Source: an uncultured Candidatus Entotheonella sp. | GTDB lineage: Bacteria; Tectomicrobia; Entotheonellia; Entotheonellales; Entotheonellaceae | Assembly: GCA_965217185.1 (NCBI GenBank) | Contig: OZ244252.1 | Location: forward strand, 2,560,001-2,624,000 | Length of the DNA: 64,000 nucleotides | Direction of reading: 5' to 3' | Notes under the pieces: generated by a model | The model's database searches: none | Told to the model about the DNA's origin: nothing | The model's input: only the letters and a program-made list of their open reading frames with translations | Position numbers and translations under genes: made by a program | Shown: one piece after another, positions 31,561 through 41,676 of the stretch | How positions within the stretch are numbered: position 1 is the first letter of the stretch | Layout: every line of letters starts with the position of its first letter

Positions 31561-31872
31561 ATGATCACCATCACGGAAGCCGCCGCCGAAAAGATCAAGG
31601 AGCTGGCCCCCGATCCTCAACACGCCCTGCGCATGCGGGTTGTTGGGGGTGGCTGCTCGGGCCTGCAATACCAGATGGGCCTCGAAGAGGAACAGAATCC
31701 CGGCGATAAAGTGCTGACCAGCAACGGCATCAAAGTCCTCGTCGACATGAAAAGCGCCCTGTACCTCGCCGGCGCCGAAGTCGATTACATCAACGGCCTG
31801 ATGGAATCCGGTTTCAAAATCACCAATCCCAACGCCAAGACGACGTGCGGCTGCGGACAGTCGTTCCACTAA
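31561..31872 (+). CDS. A-type Fe-S carrier (IscA/ErpA/HesB family)
   Basis: GGGCSG, NPNAKTTCGCGQSF. Confidence 0.95.
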   Translation: MITITEAAAEKIKELAPDPQHALRMRVVGGGCSGLQYQMGLEEEQNPGDKVLTSNGIKVLVDMKSALYLAGAEVDYINGLMESGFKITNPNAKTTCGCGQSFH

Positions 31873-31990
31873 CCCGCGCCTGACACCAGCCCCCACGAAC
31901 GCCCCGGCGCTCTGGGGGCTTCAGCGTTCTTGCCCACTCATCCGACGTTGCCCCTCCCCGCTTTCGGTACCCGTATGGAGAGCACCGCCT

Positions 31991-32365
31991 ATGTTTGACG
32001 GTTTTTACAACGCCTTCTGGTTCCTGGTCGTCGGCTGTCTGTTCGTCCTCGTGAATCTCTTCGTCAGCAGCCTCATTCGCCCGGCCGACCCGCATGAAGA
32101 AAAACTCCTGCCCTACGAGTGCGGCGAGGAATCCACCGGCACCGGTTTCGTACGCTTCAATCCCCGCTTCTACATCATCGGCCTCATTTTTCTCATTTTC
32201 GACATTGAAACCGTATTCATCTTCCCCTGGGCCGTTATTCTCAAAGGCGCCGGCCCCTTCGTGCTCATCGAGATGGTGATCTTCCTGGCCATTCTGGTGG
32301 TCGGATTGGTATACGCCTGGGGCAAGGGCGATCTGGAATGGATCAAACAGCCAACCCAGTGGTAA
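31991..32365 (+). CDS. nuoA: NADH-quinone oxidoreductase subunit A
   Basis: PYECG, FLIFDIETVFIFPWA, YAWGKGDLEW. Confidence 0.95.
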   Translation: MFDGFYNAFWFLVVGCLFVLVNLFVSSLIRPADPHEEKLLPYECGEESTGTGFVRFNPRFYIIGLIFLIFDIETVFIFPWAVILKGAGPFVLIEMVIFLAILVVGLVYAWGKGDLEWIKQPTQW

Positions 32366-32409
32366 GGCCGCGCGGCCTGATGACAACGACGTGACGTAAG
32401 GAGAAGTGT

Positions 32410-33492
32410 GTGCTTGTCGGATGGGTGGCGTGGCTGATGCGCACGGTTGCCGAGTTTGTCCTGCCGTTCACGGCTTCCTGGAGTTGGATTCCGTGGTACA
32501 CCATCGCCCTGCTGCACGTTGCTGCGGGCATGCTGGTGGTCATTTCCATTCTCACCATGTTTCTCGTCTGGCTGGAGCGCAAGGTGTCGGCTCACATGCA
32601 GGACCGCCTGGGCCCAATGCGCGTCGGCGGCTGGCACGGCTGGGCGCAGTCCATCGCCGACGGTCTCAAGCTGCTGCTCAAGGAAGACATCATCCCGGCG
32701 ATGGCCGATAAGACGGTGTTCAAAATTGCGCCGCTGCTGATTTTCGGGGCGACCTTCATGTCCTTCGTGGCCCTGCCGTTCAGTCAAAATCTCATCGTTT
32801 CCAACCTGAATATCGGCGTTCTCTACATCTACGGCATCTCGACGGTAGTGGTCATCGGCATCATCATGGCGGGCTGGGCGTCCAACAACAAATGGTCGCT
32901 GCTCGGTGCCATGCGGTCGGCAGCGCAGTTGGTGAGTTATGAAATTCCAGTCGGCCTGTCCTTGCTCGCCGGTGTGGTGATGGCAGGGTCGCTGAGCACG
33001 GTAGAAATCAGTCTGGCGCAGAGCGGCGGCGTCTGGAACTGGTTCATCTGGCGCTGCTTCCCGTTCGGCTTCCTTGCCGCCATCGCGCTTTACATCGGCG
33101 CCCTGGCGGAAACCAACCGCACGCCGTTCGACTTGGCAGAGGCCGAGTCGGAATTGGTGTCCGGCTACCACACCGAGTACAGCGGCTTCCGCTGGGCGCT
33201 CTTTTTTCTTGCCGAATACGCCAACATGTTCGTGGCCTGCGCCCTCGTCGTGGTGCTCTTCCTCGGCGGCTTCTCCGGCATCATCCCCATCGCCTTCGTG
33301 CCCGACGTCATCGCCGGCCCGTTCTGGTTCCTCTCGAAAACACTGTTCCTGGTCTTCGTGATGATGTGGATTCGCTGGACGCTACCACGCCTGCGCGTCG
33401 ACCAGCTCATGGGCCTGTGTTGGAAGTACCTGATCCCCATCGCCCTGGTCAATCTGGGAGCGATTGGCCTGTGGACATCCATGAGTTCATGA
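32410..33492 (+). CDS. nuoH: NADH-quinone oxidoreductase subunit H
   Basis: ERKVSAHMQDRLGP, ADGLKLLLKE, AETNRTPFDL.EAESELV.GY, PRLRVDQL. Confidence 0.96.
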   Translation: MLVGWVAWLMRTVAEFVLPFTASWSWIPWYTIALLHVAAGMLVVISILTMFLVWLERKVSAHMQDRLGPMRVGGWHGWAQSIADGLKLLLKEDIIPAMADKTVFKIAPLLIFGATFMSFVALPFSQNLIVSNLNIGVLYIYGISTVVVIGIIMAGWASNNKWSLLGAMRSAAQLVSYEIPVGLSLLAGVVMAGSLSTVEISLAQSGGVWNWFIWRCFPFGFLAAIALYIGALAETNRTPFDLAEAESELVSGYHTEYSGFRWALFFLAEYANMFVACALVVVLFLGGFSGIIPIAFVPDVIAGPFWFLSKTLFLVFVMMWIRWTLPRLRVDQLMGLCWKYLIPIALVNLGAIGLWTSMSS

Positions 33493-33544
33493 CACCCGTG
33501 CCCGGCGCCCCTACAATCGGCCCGACCTTCCCTAGGAAGCAACC

Positions 33545-35122
33545 ATGGCGAAAAAGCTGACGATTGACGGCAAGGAAATTACCGCGCGGGACGACGCCAC
33601 CATTATCCAGGCGGCGCACGAGGCCGGTATCGTCATTCCCCACTATTGCTACCACCCCAAGCTCAGCGTTGCCGGCAACTGCCGCATGTGCCTGATCGAG
33701 TTCGAAGGCCGCCCCAAACTCGAAATCAGCTGCAATACCCCGGTGGCCGACGACATGGTCGTATACACCAACTCGCCGAAAGTCATCGAGGGCCGCCGCG
33801 GCGTGCTGGAATTCCTGCTCATCAACCACCCGCTCGACTGTCCCATCTGCGACCAGGCCGGCGAGTGCGGCTTGCAGGACTACTACATGTCATACGGCCT
33901 GTACCAGAGCCGTTTCCAGGAAGAAAAGGTGCACGGCCGCAAGGTGGTCGATTTCGGCCCCGACGTCGTCTTCGACTCCGAGCGCTGCATCCTGTGCACC
34001 CGCTGTGTGCGCTTCTGCGACGAGGTGACGCACACCAACGAGCTCGGCATCTTCGAGCGCGGCGACACCGCCCAGATCGCCACGTTTCCCGGCAAGCAAC
34101 TGGACAACCCGTACGCCGGTAATACGGTGGACATTTGCCCCGTCGGCGCCCTGACGAGCAAGGACTTCCGCTTCAAGATTCGGGTGTGGTTTCTGCAGGA
34201 AACGCCGTCGGTATGCCCGGGCTGCTCGCGCGGCTGCAACATCAACGTGCACCACCACGACGGCCGGGTGTACCGCCTGAAACCACGCCGCAACGATGAA
34301 GTCAATGACACCTGGATGTGCGACGCCGGACGCTTCGGATACAAGTCACTACACGAAAATCGGCTGCTGGAAGCCGCCGTGCGGGACGAAACGGGCGAGT
34401 TGGCCCCAGCCCCAATGCAAGAAGCTCTGGCGCACGCCGCTGACCTGCTGCGCGATCGCAATCCGGCCGCCATTGCGGTGCTCGCCGCTCCGCAAGGCAC
34501 CAATGAGGACTGCTATCTGTTGGCCAGACTGACCGCCGAGGTGCTGCCCGGATGTGGGGTCACCGTGACCGCCGGTGAGTCGGGGGATGAGGACGATTTT
34601 CTGCTGCGCGCCGACAAGAACCCCAATACCCGTGGCGCCCAGGACATGGGCCTGCCGACCCCCGCATCCCCGGACGATCTGGCGCAACTGGCCGCCGCCA
34701 TTGAAGCCGGCGAAATCGAAATGTTGATGGCCGTCGACGTTGATCTCAAGGCCGTCTTTGGAGCCGAGACCTTCGCGCGCCTGGCGGCAAAATTACAGGC
34801 TTTGATCGTACAGGGATCTGCCATGCACCCAGGTAGCGAGGCGGCGCAGGTGCTGCTACCGTCAGCCGCATACGTCGAACGCCACGGCACCTTCACCAAT
34901 TTTCAGGGCCGGATTCAGCGCATCAACGCCGCCTTTGCACCGCCGGGCGCCTCCCAACCGGCGTGGCGCATATACAGACGGCTTGCCAATCTGCTCGGCG
35001 CCGACTGGAATTACCCGAATCACGAAGCGGTTTGGGGAGACATCGCCGACACCGTTCCCGGTTACGGTGTCGATTACGCCGCCATCGGCGAACAGGGTTG
35101 CCTTATTTCCAGCGAGAGTTGA
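33545..35122 (+). CDS. nuoG: NADH-quinone oxidoreductase subunit G (short form)
   Basis: CYHPKL..AGNCRMC, HPLDCPICDQAGEC, CILCTRCVRFC, CPGCSRGC. Confidence 0.92.
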   Translation: MAKKLTIDGKEITARDDATIIQAAHEAGIVIPHYCYHPKLSVAGNCRMCLIEFEGRPKLEISCNTPVADDMVVYTNSPKVIEGRRGVLEFLLINHPLDCPICDQAGECGLQDYYMSYGLYQSRFQEEKVHGRKVVDFGPDVVFDSERCILCTRCVRFCDEVTHTNELGIFERGDTAQIATFPGKQLDNPYAGNTVDICPVGALTSKDFRFKIRVWFLQETPSVCPGCSRGCNINVHHHDGRVYRLKPRRNDEVNDTWMCDAGRFGYKSLHENRLLEAAVRDETGELAPAPMQEALAHAADLLRDRNPAAIAVLAAPQGTNEDCYLLARLTAEVLPGCGVTVTAGESGDEDDFLLRADKNPNTRGAQDMGLPTPASPDDLAQLAAAIEAGEIEMLMAVDVDLKAVFGAETFARLAAKLQALIVQGSAMHPGSEAAQVLLPSAAYVERHGTFTNFQGRIQRINAAFAPPGASQPAWRIYRRLANLLGADWNYPNHEAVWGDIADTVPGYGVDYAAIGEQGCLISSES

Positions 35123-35128
35123 CACACT

Positions 35129-35626
35129 ATGCGCAAGCTTACGTTCTGGCAGCGGCTCTACCTTCCTGAAATTTTGCGCGGCATGCTGGTCACGACGCGG
35201 CATTTCTGGATCAACGTGCTGCGGCAACGCCATACGGTCACACAGCAATACCCGGAAAAACCCACCTACGTGTCGGAGCGCTACCGCGGGCGCCACCGCC
35301 TGACGCGCAAAGAAGACGGCTCGCCGCGCTGCACCGCCTGCATGCTGTGCGCCACCTCGTGCCCGGCCTTGTGCATCCACATCGTCGCCGCCGAGCACAG
35401 CGACCCGACGGTGGAAAAACACCCGGCTTTCTTCACTATCGACGAACTACGCTGTGTGTTTTGCGGCCTTTGCGTCGAGGCCTGTCCGTGTGACGCCATC
35501 CGCATGGATACCGGCATCTTCGCCCTGGCCGCCGAGAAGCGCGAGAATTTCATCTACCCGCGCGAGTTGCTGCTGGGCGACGGCGTGCCCGAAAACATCG
35601 CCGAGGGCAAGGCACCCGCACATTAG
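35129..35626 (+). CDS. nuoI: NADH-quinone oxidoreductase subunit I
   Basis: TQQYPE, RYRGRH, two CxxCxxCxxxCP clusters. Confidence 0.93.
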   Translation: MRKLTFWQRLYLPEILRGMLVTTRHFWINVLRQRHTVTQQYPEKPTYVSERYRGRHRLTRKEDGSPRCTACMLCATSCPALCIHIVAAEHSDPTVEKHPAFFTIDELRCVFCGLCVEACPCDAIRMDTGIFALAAEKRENFIYPRELLLGDGVPENIAEGKAPAH

Positions 35627-35653
35627 GCGGCTGCCCGCCGAGAGGAAAACCGC

Positions 35654-37705
35654 ATGGTGCCGACACGCGAGATTTACGGCAATATCGTTGGCGGCGAATG
35701 GGTTTACGCTTTCATGGCGGTGTCCTTCGGTATTCTCGGCTGGGCGCTTTACCGGCGCTATTGCTTGTGGATGCAAGGCCGCGCGGAAGACCGCCTGACC
35801 GACGTATGGCGGCGCTGCAAGGCCATGCTGGTCTACGGCCTCGGGCAGCAAAAGACGCTGCGCGAATGGCCAGGGGTGTTGCATTTCTGCATGTACGCCG
35901 GCTTCGTGGTGCTGTTCATCGGCACCCTCATGGTGGCGGTACACGAAGACCTCGGCATCGAATTCCTGCACGGCCCCTTCTACCTCCTTTTTTCCCTCAC
36001 CCTGGACCTGTTCGGCCTGTTGTGCCTGGTCGGCGTGGCCGGCCTCACCTGGCGCCGCTACGTCATCCGGCCCAGTGGCCTGGACAATCGCCGCGAAGAT
36101 TTGATCGTGCTCGTGTGGTTCATCGCCGTGCTGCTCAGCGGCTTCGTGGTCGAGGGCGCCCGGATCGGCGGCACCGAATTGCAACAGCACCCCGGCTGGG
36201 CCGTCTGGTCGCCGGTGGGCGCGCTCATCGCCCTGGTGTTTGCCATTGTGGGTGTCGGCGAAAGCACGTTCCTTTTCTGGCATCGCGTGTGGTGGTGGAC
36301 CCACATGGTCATCACCTTCGGGTTCCTGACCTACATCGGCTTCTCCAAGCTCAGCCACCTCATCTTCTCCCCCGCCAACTTGTTTCTGCATAAATTCCGC
36401 GCCAACGGCGAACTGGCGCCGATCGCCAATCTGGACAAGGCGCTCGAAGGCGACGAAGAAGCCATGGCGAGCGTGCGCTTCGGCGCCGCCAGCCTGGCCG
36501 ATTTCACCTGGAAGCAACTGATGGACCTGGACGCCTGCACCCGCTGCGGGCGCTGCCAGGACAACTGCCCGGCGTGGTTGAGCGGCAAGCCGCTGTCGCC
36601 GAAATTCCTCATCCTTGACCTGCAGCGGCACATGAACGCCACGGCCGCAGCGGTGCTGCGCGGCGACGAGCCCGATGGCGTGTCGATGATCGGCGACGTC
36701 ATTTCGGAGGACGTGCTGTGGTCCTGCACCACCTGCCGCGCCTGCGAGGAAAACTGCCCGGTGGGTATCGAGCACATCGACACCATCGTCGACATGCGCC
36801 GCAACCTGGTGCTCGAACAGGGCCGCATGCCGGAGACCGCCGAGGCGGCGCTGCGCAGCCTGGAGCAACGCGGGCATCCGTGGCGCGGCACCCAGGAAAC
36901 CCGCACTAGTTGGACCGAGGGCCTCGACATCCCGTTCATCGCCGATCATCCCGACGCCGAATACCTCTTCTGGGTCGGTTGCACCGGCGCCCTCGTCGAG
37001 CGCAACGTCCAGGTCACCCGAGCTCTGGCCCGCATCCTCAAACGCGCCGGAGTCAGCTTCGCCATCCTTGGGCAGGACGAAACCTGCACGGGCGATCCGG
37101 CGCGCCGCCTGGGCAACGAATACCTCTTCCAACTGCTCGCTCAGCAAAACATCGCCACCCTGCAGGCCCACAACGTGCGCAAGATCGTCACCCACTGCCC
37201 GCACTGCTTCAATACCCTGAAGAACGAGTACCCGCAGTTCGGCGGCAACTTCGAAGTCATTCATCACAGCCAACTCATCGAACAATTGCTCGCCGCCGGC
37301 CGCATCAACCCCACCCAGGCCAGCCGCGACAAGGTGACCTACCACGACGCCTGTTATCTCGGACGGCACAATGGCGTGTTTGCCTCGCCCCGCCAAGCAT
37401 TGGGCGCCATCCCCGGCGTACAAATGCAGGAAATGCAGTGGAATCAACGCCGCGGGCTGTGCTGCGGTGCTGGCGGCGGGCACGCCTTCATGGAGATCAA
37501 CATCGGCCAGCGGGTGAATCACATCCGCACCGAGCAGGCCATCGAGACCGGCGCCGACGTGGTGGCCACCGGCTGCCCGTTCTGCATGCAGATGTTCGCT
37601 GACGGCGTAAAGGCGAAGGGCGTGGAGGAAACACTGCGGGTGCAGGACATCGCTGAGTTGGTCGCCGACTCGCTGCCGCCCGAGTCAGGGGAGACCTCGT
37701 CATGA
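35654..37705 (+). CDS. Membrane Fe-S oxidoreductase: NarI-like TM domain, 2x[4Fe-4S], CCG domains (HdrD/FadF-like)
   Basis: TM helices with His; CTRCGRCQDNCP, CTTCRACEENCP, CPHC, YHDAC, CCGAGGG, CPFC. Confidence 0.9.
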   Translation: MVPTREIYGNIVGGEWVYAFMAVSFGILGWALYRRYCLWMQGRAEDRLTDVWRRCKAMLVYGLGQQKTLREWPGVLHFCMYAGFVVLFIGTLMVAVHEDLGIEFLHGPFYLLFSLTLDLFGLLCLVGVAGLTWRRYVIRPSGLDNRREDLIVLVWFIAVLLSGFVVEGARIGGTELQQHPGWAVWSPVGALIALVFAIVGVGESTFLFWHRVWWWTHMVITFGFLTYIGFSKLSHLIFSPANLFLHKFRANGELAPIANLDKALEGDEEAMASVRFGAASLADFTWKQLMDLDACTRCGRCQDNCPAWLSGKPLSPKFLILDLQRHMNATAAAVLRGDEPDGVSMIGDVISEDVLWSCTTCRACEENCPVGIEHIDTIVDMRRNLVLEQGRMPETAEAALRSLEQRGHPWRGTQETRTSWTEGLDIPFIADHPDAEYLFWVGCTGALVERNVQVTRALARILKRAGVSFAILGQDETCTGDPARRLGNEYLFQLLAQQNIATLQAHNVRKIVTHCPHCFNTLKNEYPQFGGNFEVIHHSQLIEQLLAAGRINPTQASRDKVTYHDACYLGRHNGVFASPRQALGAIPGVQMQEMQWNQRRGLCCGAGGGHAFMEINIGQRVNHIRTEQAIETGADVVATGCPFCMQMFADGVKAKGVEETLRVQDIAELVADSLPPESGETSS

Positions 37706-38925
37706 CGACGCGGCTGGCAGACGGCCACCGTCCCATCTATCTCGATCACCACGCCACCACGCCACTCGACGGCGCTGTGCTGGATGCCATGATGCCGTAC
37801 CTCACCGACAAGTTCGGCAACGCCTCCAGTCGCACCCATGCCTATGGCTGGGAGGCCGAGGAAGCGGTGCACCAGGCACGCGAGCAGGTAGCCGCACTGA
37901 TCAACGCCAGGCCGGAGGAAATCGTCTTCACCAGCGGCGCTACCGAGTCGGACAACTTGGCGCTGAAGGGCGTCGCCCGCGCATACAGAGACCGAGGCAA
38001 CCACATCATCACCACCACAACCGAGCACCGCGCCATTCTGGACGCCTGTCAGGCGCTCGAAGCCGAGGGCTTCGACATCACCTACGTGCCGGTGGACAGC
38101 GGCGGCTTGGTCGACCCGGAGGACGTGCGCCGAGCCATTACGCCGCGCACCATCCTGATTTCGGTGATGTACGTCAACGCCGAGATCGGCACCATTGCTC
38201 CCCTTGCCGACGTCGGCGCCGTGGCGAAAGAGCACGGCCTGCTGTTTCACAGCGACGCGGTGCAGGGCGTCGGCAAAATCGCTTGCAACGTGGATGACCT
38301 GCGTGTCGATCTGATGTCCATTTCCGCCCATAAGATATACGGCCCCAAAGGAATCGGGGCGCTGTACGTCCGCAAAACGCACCCGGAACGGATTCGCCTG
38401 CACCCGATGATCGACGGCGGCGGACAGGAACGCGGGCTGCGCTCCGGCACCGCCAACGTCCCCGGCATCGTCGGTTTCGGCAAGGCGTGCGAGGTGTGCC
38501 AGGCGCAATGGGAGCCCGAGTCCATCCGCCTGCGCGGCCTGCGGCAGCGGCTGCACGACGGGCTGACGGCGCGCATCGACGACGTTGTTCTCAACGGCCA
38601 CCCCGAGCCGCGGCTGCCCGGCAATCTGAACGTCAGCTTCGCCTATGTGCAGGGCGAGTCGCTGCTGCTGAGCATGCAGCACGTCGCGGCGCTGTCGGCG
38701 GGCTCGGCCTGCTCGTCGGGCTCGAATGAGCCGTCCTACGTGCTGCGGGCCATCGGCCTCGACGACATGCTCGCCAACACCTCCATCCGCTTCGGCCTCG
38801 GGCGCTCCACGACGGCCGAGGAGATCGACATCGTGATCGATGCATTGGTGGAGAAAGTGGCGCGGTTGCGCGCGCTGTCACCCATGAGCAAAGGGGCAGC
38901 CATTCGGATCCGCGCCGGCTGCTAA
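37702..38925 (+). CDS. iscS: Cysteine desulfurase, class I
   Basis: YLDHHATTP, FTSGATES, SAHKIYGPKG, SAGSACSS. Confidence 0.92.
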   Translation: MTTRLADGHRPIYLDHHATTPLDGAVLDAMMPYLTDKFGNASSRTHAYGWEAEEAVHQAREQVAALINARPEEIVFTSGATESDNLALKGVARAYRDRGNHIITTTTEHRAILDACQALEAEGFDITYVPVDSGGLVDPEDVRRAITPRTILISVMYVNAEIGTIAPLADVGAVAKEHGLLFHSDAVQGVGKIACNVDDLRVDLMSISAHKIYGPKGIGALYVRKTHPERIRLHPMIDGGGQERGLRSGTANVPGIVGFGKACEVCQAQWEPESIRLRGLRQRLHDGLTARIDDVVLNGHPEPRLPGNLNVSFAYVQGESLLLSMQHVAALSAGSACSSGSNEPSYVLRAIGLDDMLANTSIRFGLGRSTTAEEIDIVIDALVEKVARLRALSPMSKGAAIRIRAGC

Positions 38926-38960
38926 CCGCTGATCATTTCATAAATTAGACGCCCGCGGTC

Positions 38961-39875
38961 ATGGCCGACATTCACCAACCTCACGACAGGTTTTTCCGAG
39001 CCGTTTTCTCCGACGCCGGCGAGGCCGCCAGCCTGTTGCAGGCAGCACTGCCCGACACCGTCCGCAACAGCTTCGATTGGAGGACCCTGACCTTGGTCGA
39101 GGGCACCTTCATCGACGAGGACCTACGCGAAAGCCAGTCCGACCTGCTCTACGAGGTACAGCACACCAGCACCGGACAACCCGTGTCGATGTATATGCTC
39201 TTCGAGCACCAGTCGTCACCCGACCCGTGGATTCGCCTTCGGCTGCTGCGGTATTGCTGCCGCATCTGGGAAGGCGATCTGCGTGGCGGTCCAGACCGGC
39301 ACGAGTTGCGGCCTATCGTGCCGGTGGTATTCTATCAGGGCGAGCGCGGTTGGAATTATTCGACGGAGTTTGCCGATCTGTTTCCCGAAGCCGCACGCTC
39401 CTGGCCGTGGGTACCGCGGTTCACCCACGAACTGATGGACCAGACGACCCTGGAACCCGAGGCGGTCACCGGCGGCATCAAGGGCCGCATCGCCCAGTTA
39501 CTGATGATGGTCGCGTTCGGCCGCAACGTGGAAGCGGCACTGGACTGGGCGGCGCGCTGGGCTTTGTCACTGAGACAGGCCGGCAGCGGGGTCGATGAAC
39601 TCCGCCGATTCTTCGTGTACCTGATGGCGACACAGGAGTACGAGGTGATCGAGACGTTCAGGGAGGCGCTCAGACGCCATGGACTTGAGCGAGAAGGAGA
39701 GAGCATGACGTATGCGGAAGAACTCTTGGCGAAAGGGCGAACGGAAGCCCAAGTCGAAGCCGTGGAGGGTTTTTTGCGGGTCGGCGTGACGTGGGAGGTC
39801 ATTGAGGCCGCCACCGGGCTGACCGAAGCCGGCTTCCAGGCGCTCAAGGCACAGTTATCAGAGTCTGATTCGTAG
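38961..39875 (+). CDS. Rpn/YhgA-like PD-(D/E)XK nuclease
   Basis: PHDRFFR, SDLLY, LFEHQSSPD, PIVPVVFYQG. Confidence 0.92.
   Translation: MADIHQPHDRFFRAVFSDAGEAASLLQAALPDTVRNSFDWRTLTLVEGTFIDEDLRESQSDLLYEVQHTSTGQPVSMYMLFEHQSSPDPWIRLRLLRYCCRIWEGDLRGGPDRHELRPIVPVVFYQGERGWNYSTEFADLFPEAARSWPWVPRFTHELMDQTTLEPEAVTGGIKGRIAQLLMMVAFGRNVEAALDWAARWALSLRQAGSGVDELRRFFVYLMATQEYEVIETFREALRRHGLEREGESMTYAEELLAKGRTEAQVEAVEGFLRVGVTWEVIEAATGLTEAGFQALKAQLSESDS
39705..39875 (+). CDS. Putative in-frame small Rpn C-terminal protein (RpnS-like, 56 aa)
   Basis: Internal SD AGAAGGAG ahead of in-frame ATG 39705 (MTYAEELLAKG). Confidence 0.6.
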   Translation: MTYAEELLAKGRTEAQVEAVEGFLRVGVTWEVIEAATGLTEAGFQALKAQLSESDS

Positions 39876-40071
39876 GCTCTTCAGAATTCAGGCGTCATCG
39901 CAAGGATCACAAGGTCTGTATGCTGGAATTACTCTGGCGGCATTCATGCCGCGGGGCTCCGCTTTCGGCGTCGGGTGTACGTTTCGACGGCTTGAATTGA
40001 AAGACATTTTGTCACCCATCCGTTCACTCCCCTAGTCCCAGGGATTAGGCGGAGAAAGAGGGCTTATCGGA

Positions 40072-40995
40072 ATGGGCGGGAGTAGGAAGAATGGCGAAGG
40101 TCATCCTGTGGTGCTTCAGACACTTGTTGGAGCTGTGGTTGTGATGGCTGGGGGTGTGGTTGTGATGGTTGTCATGTTCCAACCGGCGATAATGGCGGAG
40201 GGTATGTTAGCTGGGAGATCATGGCTCGTTCTTGGCCTCCTTGGGATAGTCGTCTCGACCATAGCGGCGATAACCGCGGCAGCCGTGTCAACTAGGCGAG
40301 GAGAAAGGCGAAGAGAAGCAGAGGAGTTAGAACAACTTCAGAAGCACGAGCAAGAGCGGTTGAAGGCGGAATGGAAACGGACACGGGCGGAGGGTGAACG
40401 GAAGTGGGCGGAGGAGAAAAGGAGGCGAAACGCGGAAGAGCTAGCCCGCTTGCAGGAGGCAAGAAGACGGGAACAGGCAATTCAGTTGCGCGCCGAGGAA
40501 TGTATACGTGAGTTGGCCGAAATTGTACGCACCGCTTTCTTCATCGAAAATTGTCCTCGCTGCTATGAAAACGAGATGGCCCTAATTTCGATTAGTCCAA
40601 CTGCAAAGTCTATCGAATATGCCTGCACACACTGCGGGAAGAAGCTGCGTGCTGTTGCAAGTGGCCCGGATGCGCGGAAGGTCAAAAGGCTTGAAGGATC
40701 TATAGTCGGTGTGCTCGGCAAAGCATGGTTCAAGACAGCGATGGGTCACTATCGTTGTACTTTCTCAGCGCCGGAAGCCACATTGCCTTATGAACAAACG
40801 ACTAGAGAACCGATTACCGAGGTAATACGCGCGGAAGTCTGGCGCAGAGACAATGGCCGGTGTGTGCAATGCAGGAGCCGTGAAAAGCTGCAATTTGACC
40901 ATATCATCCCGGTGTCGAAAGGCGGGGCAACAACGGTCGCCAACCTCCAGTTGCTTTGCCAATCGTGCAATTTGTCCAAGGGTGCAAGAATCTGA
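40072..40995 (+). CDS. Membrane-anchored HNH endonuclease with coiled coil and Zn ribbon (start uncertain)
   Basis: Two TM segments, E/R-rich coil, CPRC..CTHC, VWRRDNGRCVQC..FDHIIPVSKGG..NLQLLCQSCN. Confidence 0.85.
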   Translation: MGGSRKNGEGHPVVLQTLVGAVVVMAGGVVVMVVMFQPAIMAEGMLAGRSWLVLGLLGIVVSTIAAITAAAVSTRRGERRREAEELEQLQKHEQERLKAEWKRTRAEGERKWAEEKRRRNAEELARLQEARRREQAIQLRAEECIRELAEIVRTAFFIENCPRCYENEMALISISPTAKSIEYACTHCGKKLRAVASGPDARKVKRLEGSIVGVLGKAWFKTAMGHYRCTFSAPEATLPYEQTTREPITEVIRAEVWRRDNGRCVQCRSREKLQFDHIIPVSKGGATTVANLQLLCQSCNLSKGARI

Positions 40996-41034
40996 ACTTA
41001 CTGAGCAGACCACGGCGGCATTGGAGCACCAACG

Positions 41035-41429
41035 ATGATCGAGAACCAGCGCTGGGCGGCCTTCGAGGCGCCCCGCAAGTCGCAAGCGGCGGCGTACCTG
41101 CTGTAGCTGCTGGGCGTCGTGGGGCGCACCGCTTCTACTTGGGCATGAAGCCCTCGGGGATCGGCATGGCGTGCTTGGCGTGCGTCGCCGGCGGCACGTT
41201 GGTGCTGGCCCCGCTGGACGCCAGTGATGAGGCGCTGTTGGCGGCCAGCGTCATGGGGGTAACGCTGGCCACTTGGGTGCTGCCGGACGTGTTCCGCATC
41301 CCCGGGTTCGTGCAGGACTACAACGACCGTCTGCACCGCTGGCTGAGCGGGGATGGTACACTGCCGCAGCGCAGGGGGTTGCTGCGTCACAGGCCGTTAG
41401 GCAGACGGCGCAGCGCGCCCGCGTGGTGA
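41035..41429 (+). pseudogene. TM2 domain protein pseudogene
   Basis: RKSQAAAYLL*LLGVVG then a frameshift to AHRFYLG; TAG at 41104 sits where TM2 proteins usually have Trp. Confidence 0.75.
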
Positions 41430-41676
41430 TGCAACAGAGCGCGCGACCTTGAACGAAACGTGCGCCAAGCTGAAGCGACCCTTATGCGGGCTCCCACATG
41501 GGGGTTTGGCGTGTCAGGCCCTGCGGGGTACTGAGAAACCGCCTCGCAGGGCTGCATATATATCTGGTGCCGTGACGCAGGAACGCCCCAGGAGGCGAAG
41601 CCGCTGGGGCATTCAGAAGGGTGATGTTGCTACGCAACGCACGCAGCGAGGGGTAGTGTAGCACGAGGGAGACGAG

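Noticed and set aside
39975..40006. ATTGAAAG motif resembling the end of a CRISPR repeat
   Set aside because: Single copy, no spaced repeats.
41517..41553. Hairpin containing CTGAGA as a possible TPP riboswitch for thiD
   Set aside because: Lacks the remaining TPP aptamer core and lies about 1 kb and two genes upstream of thiD.
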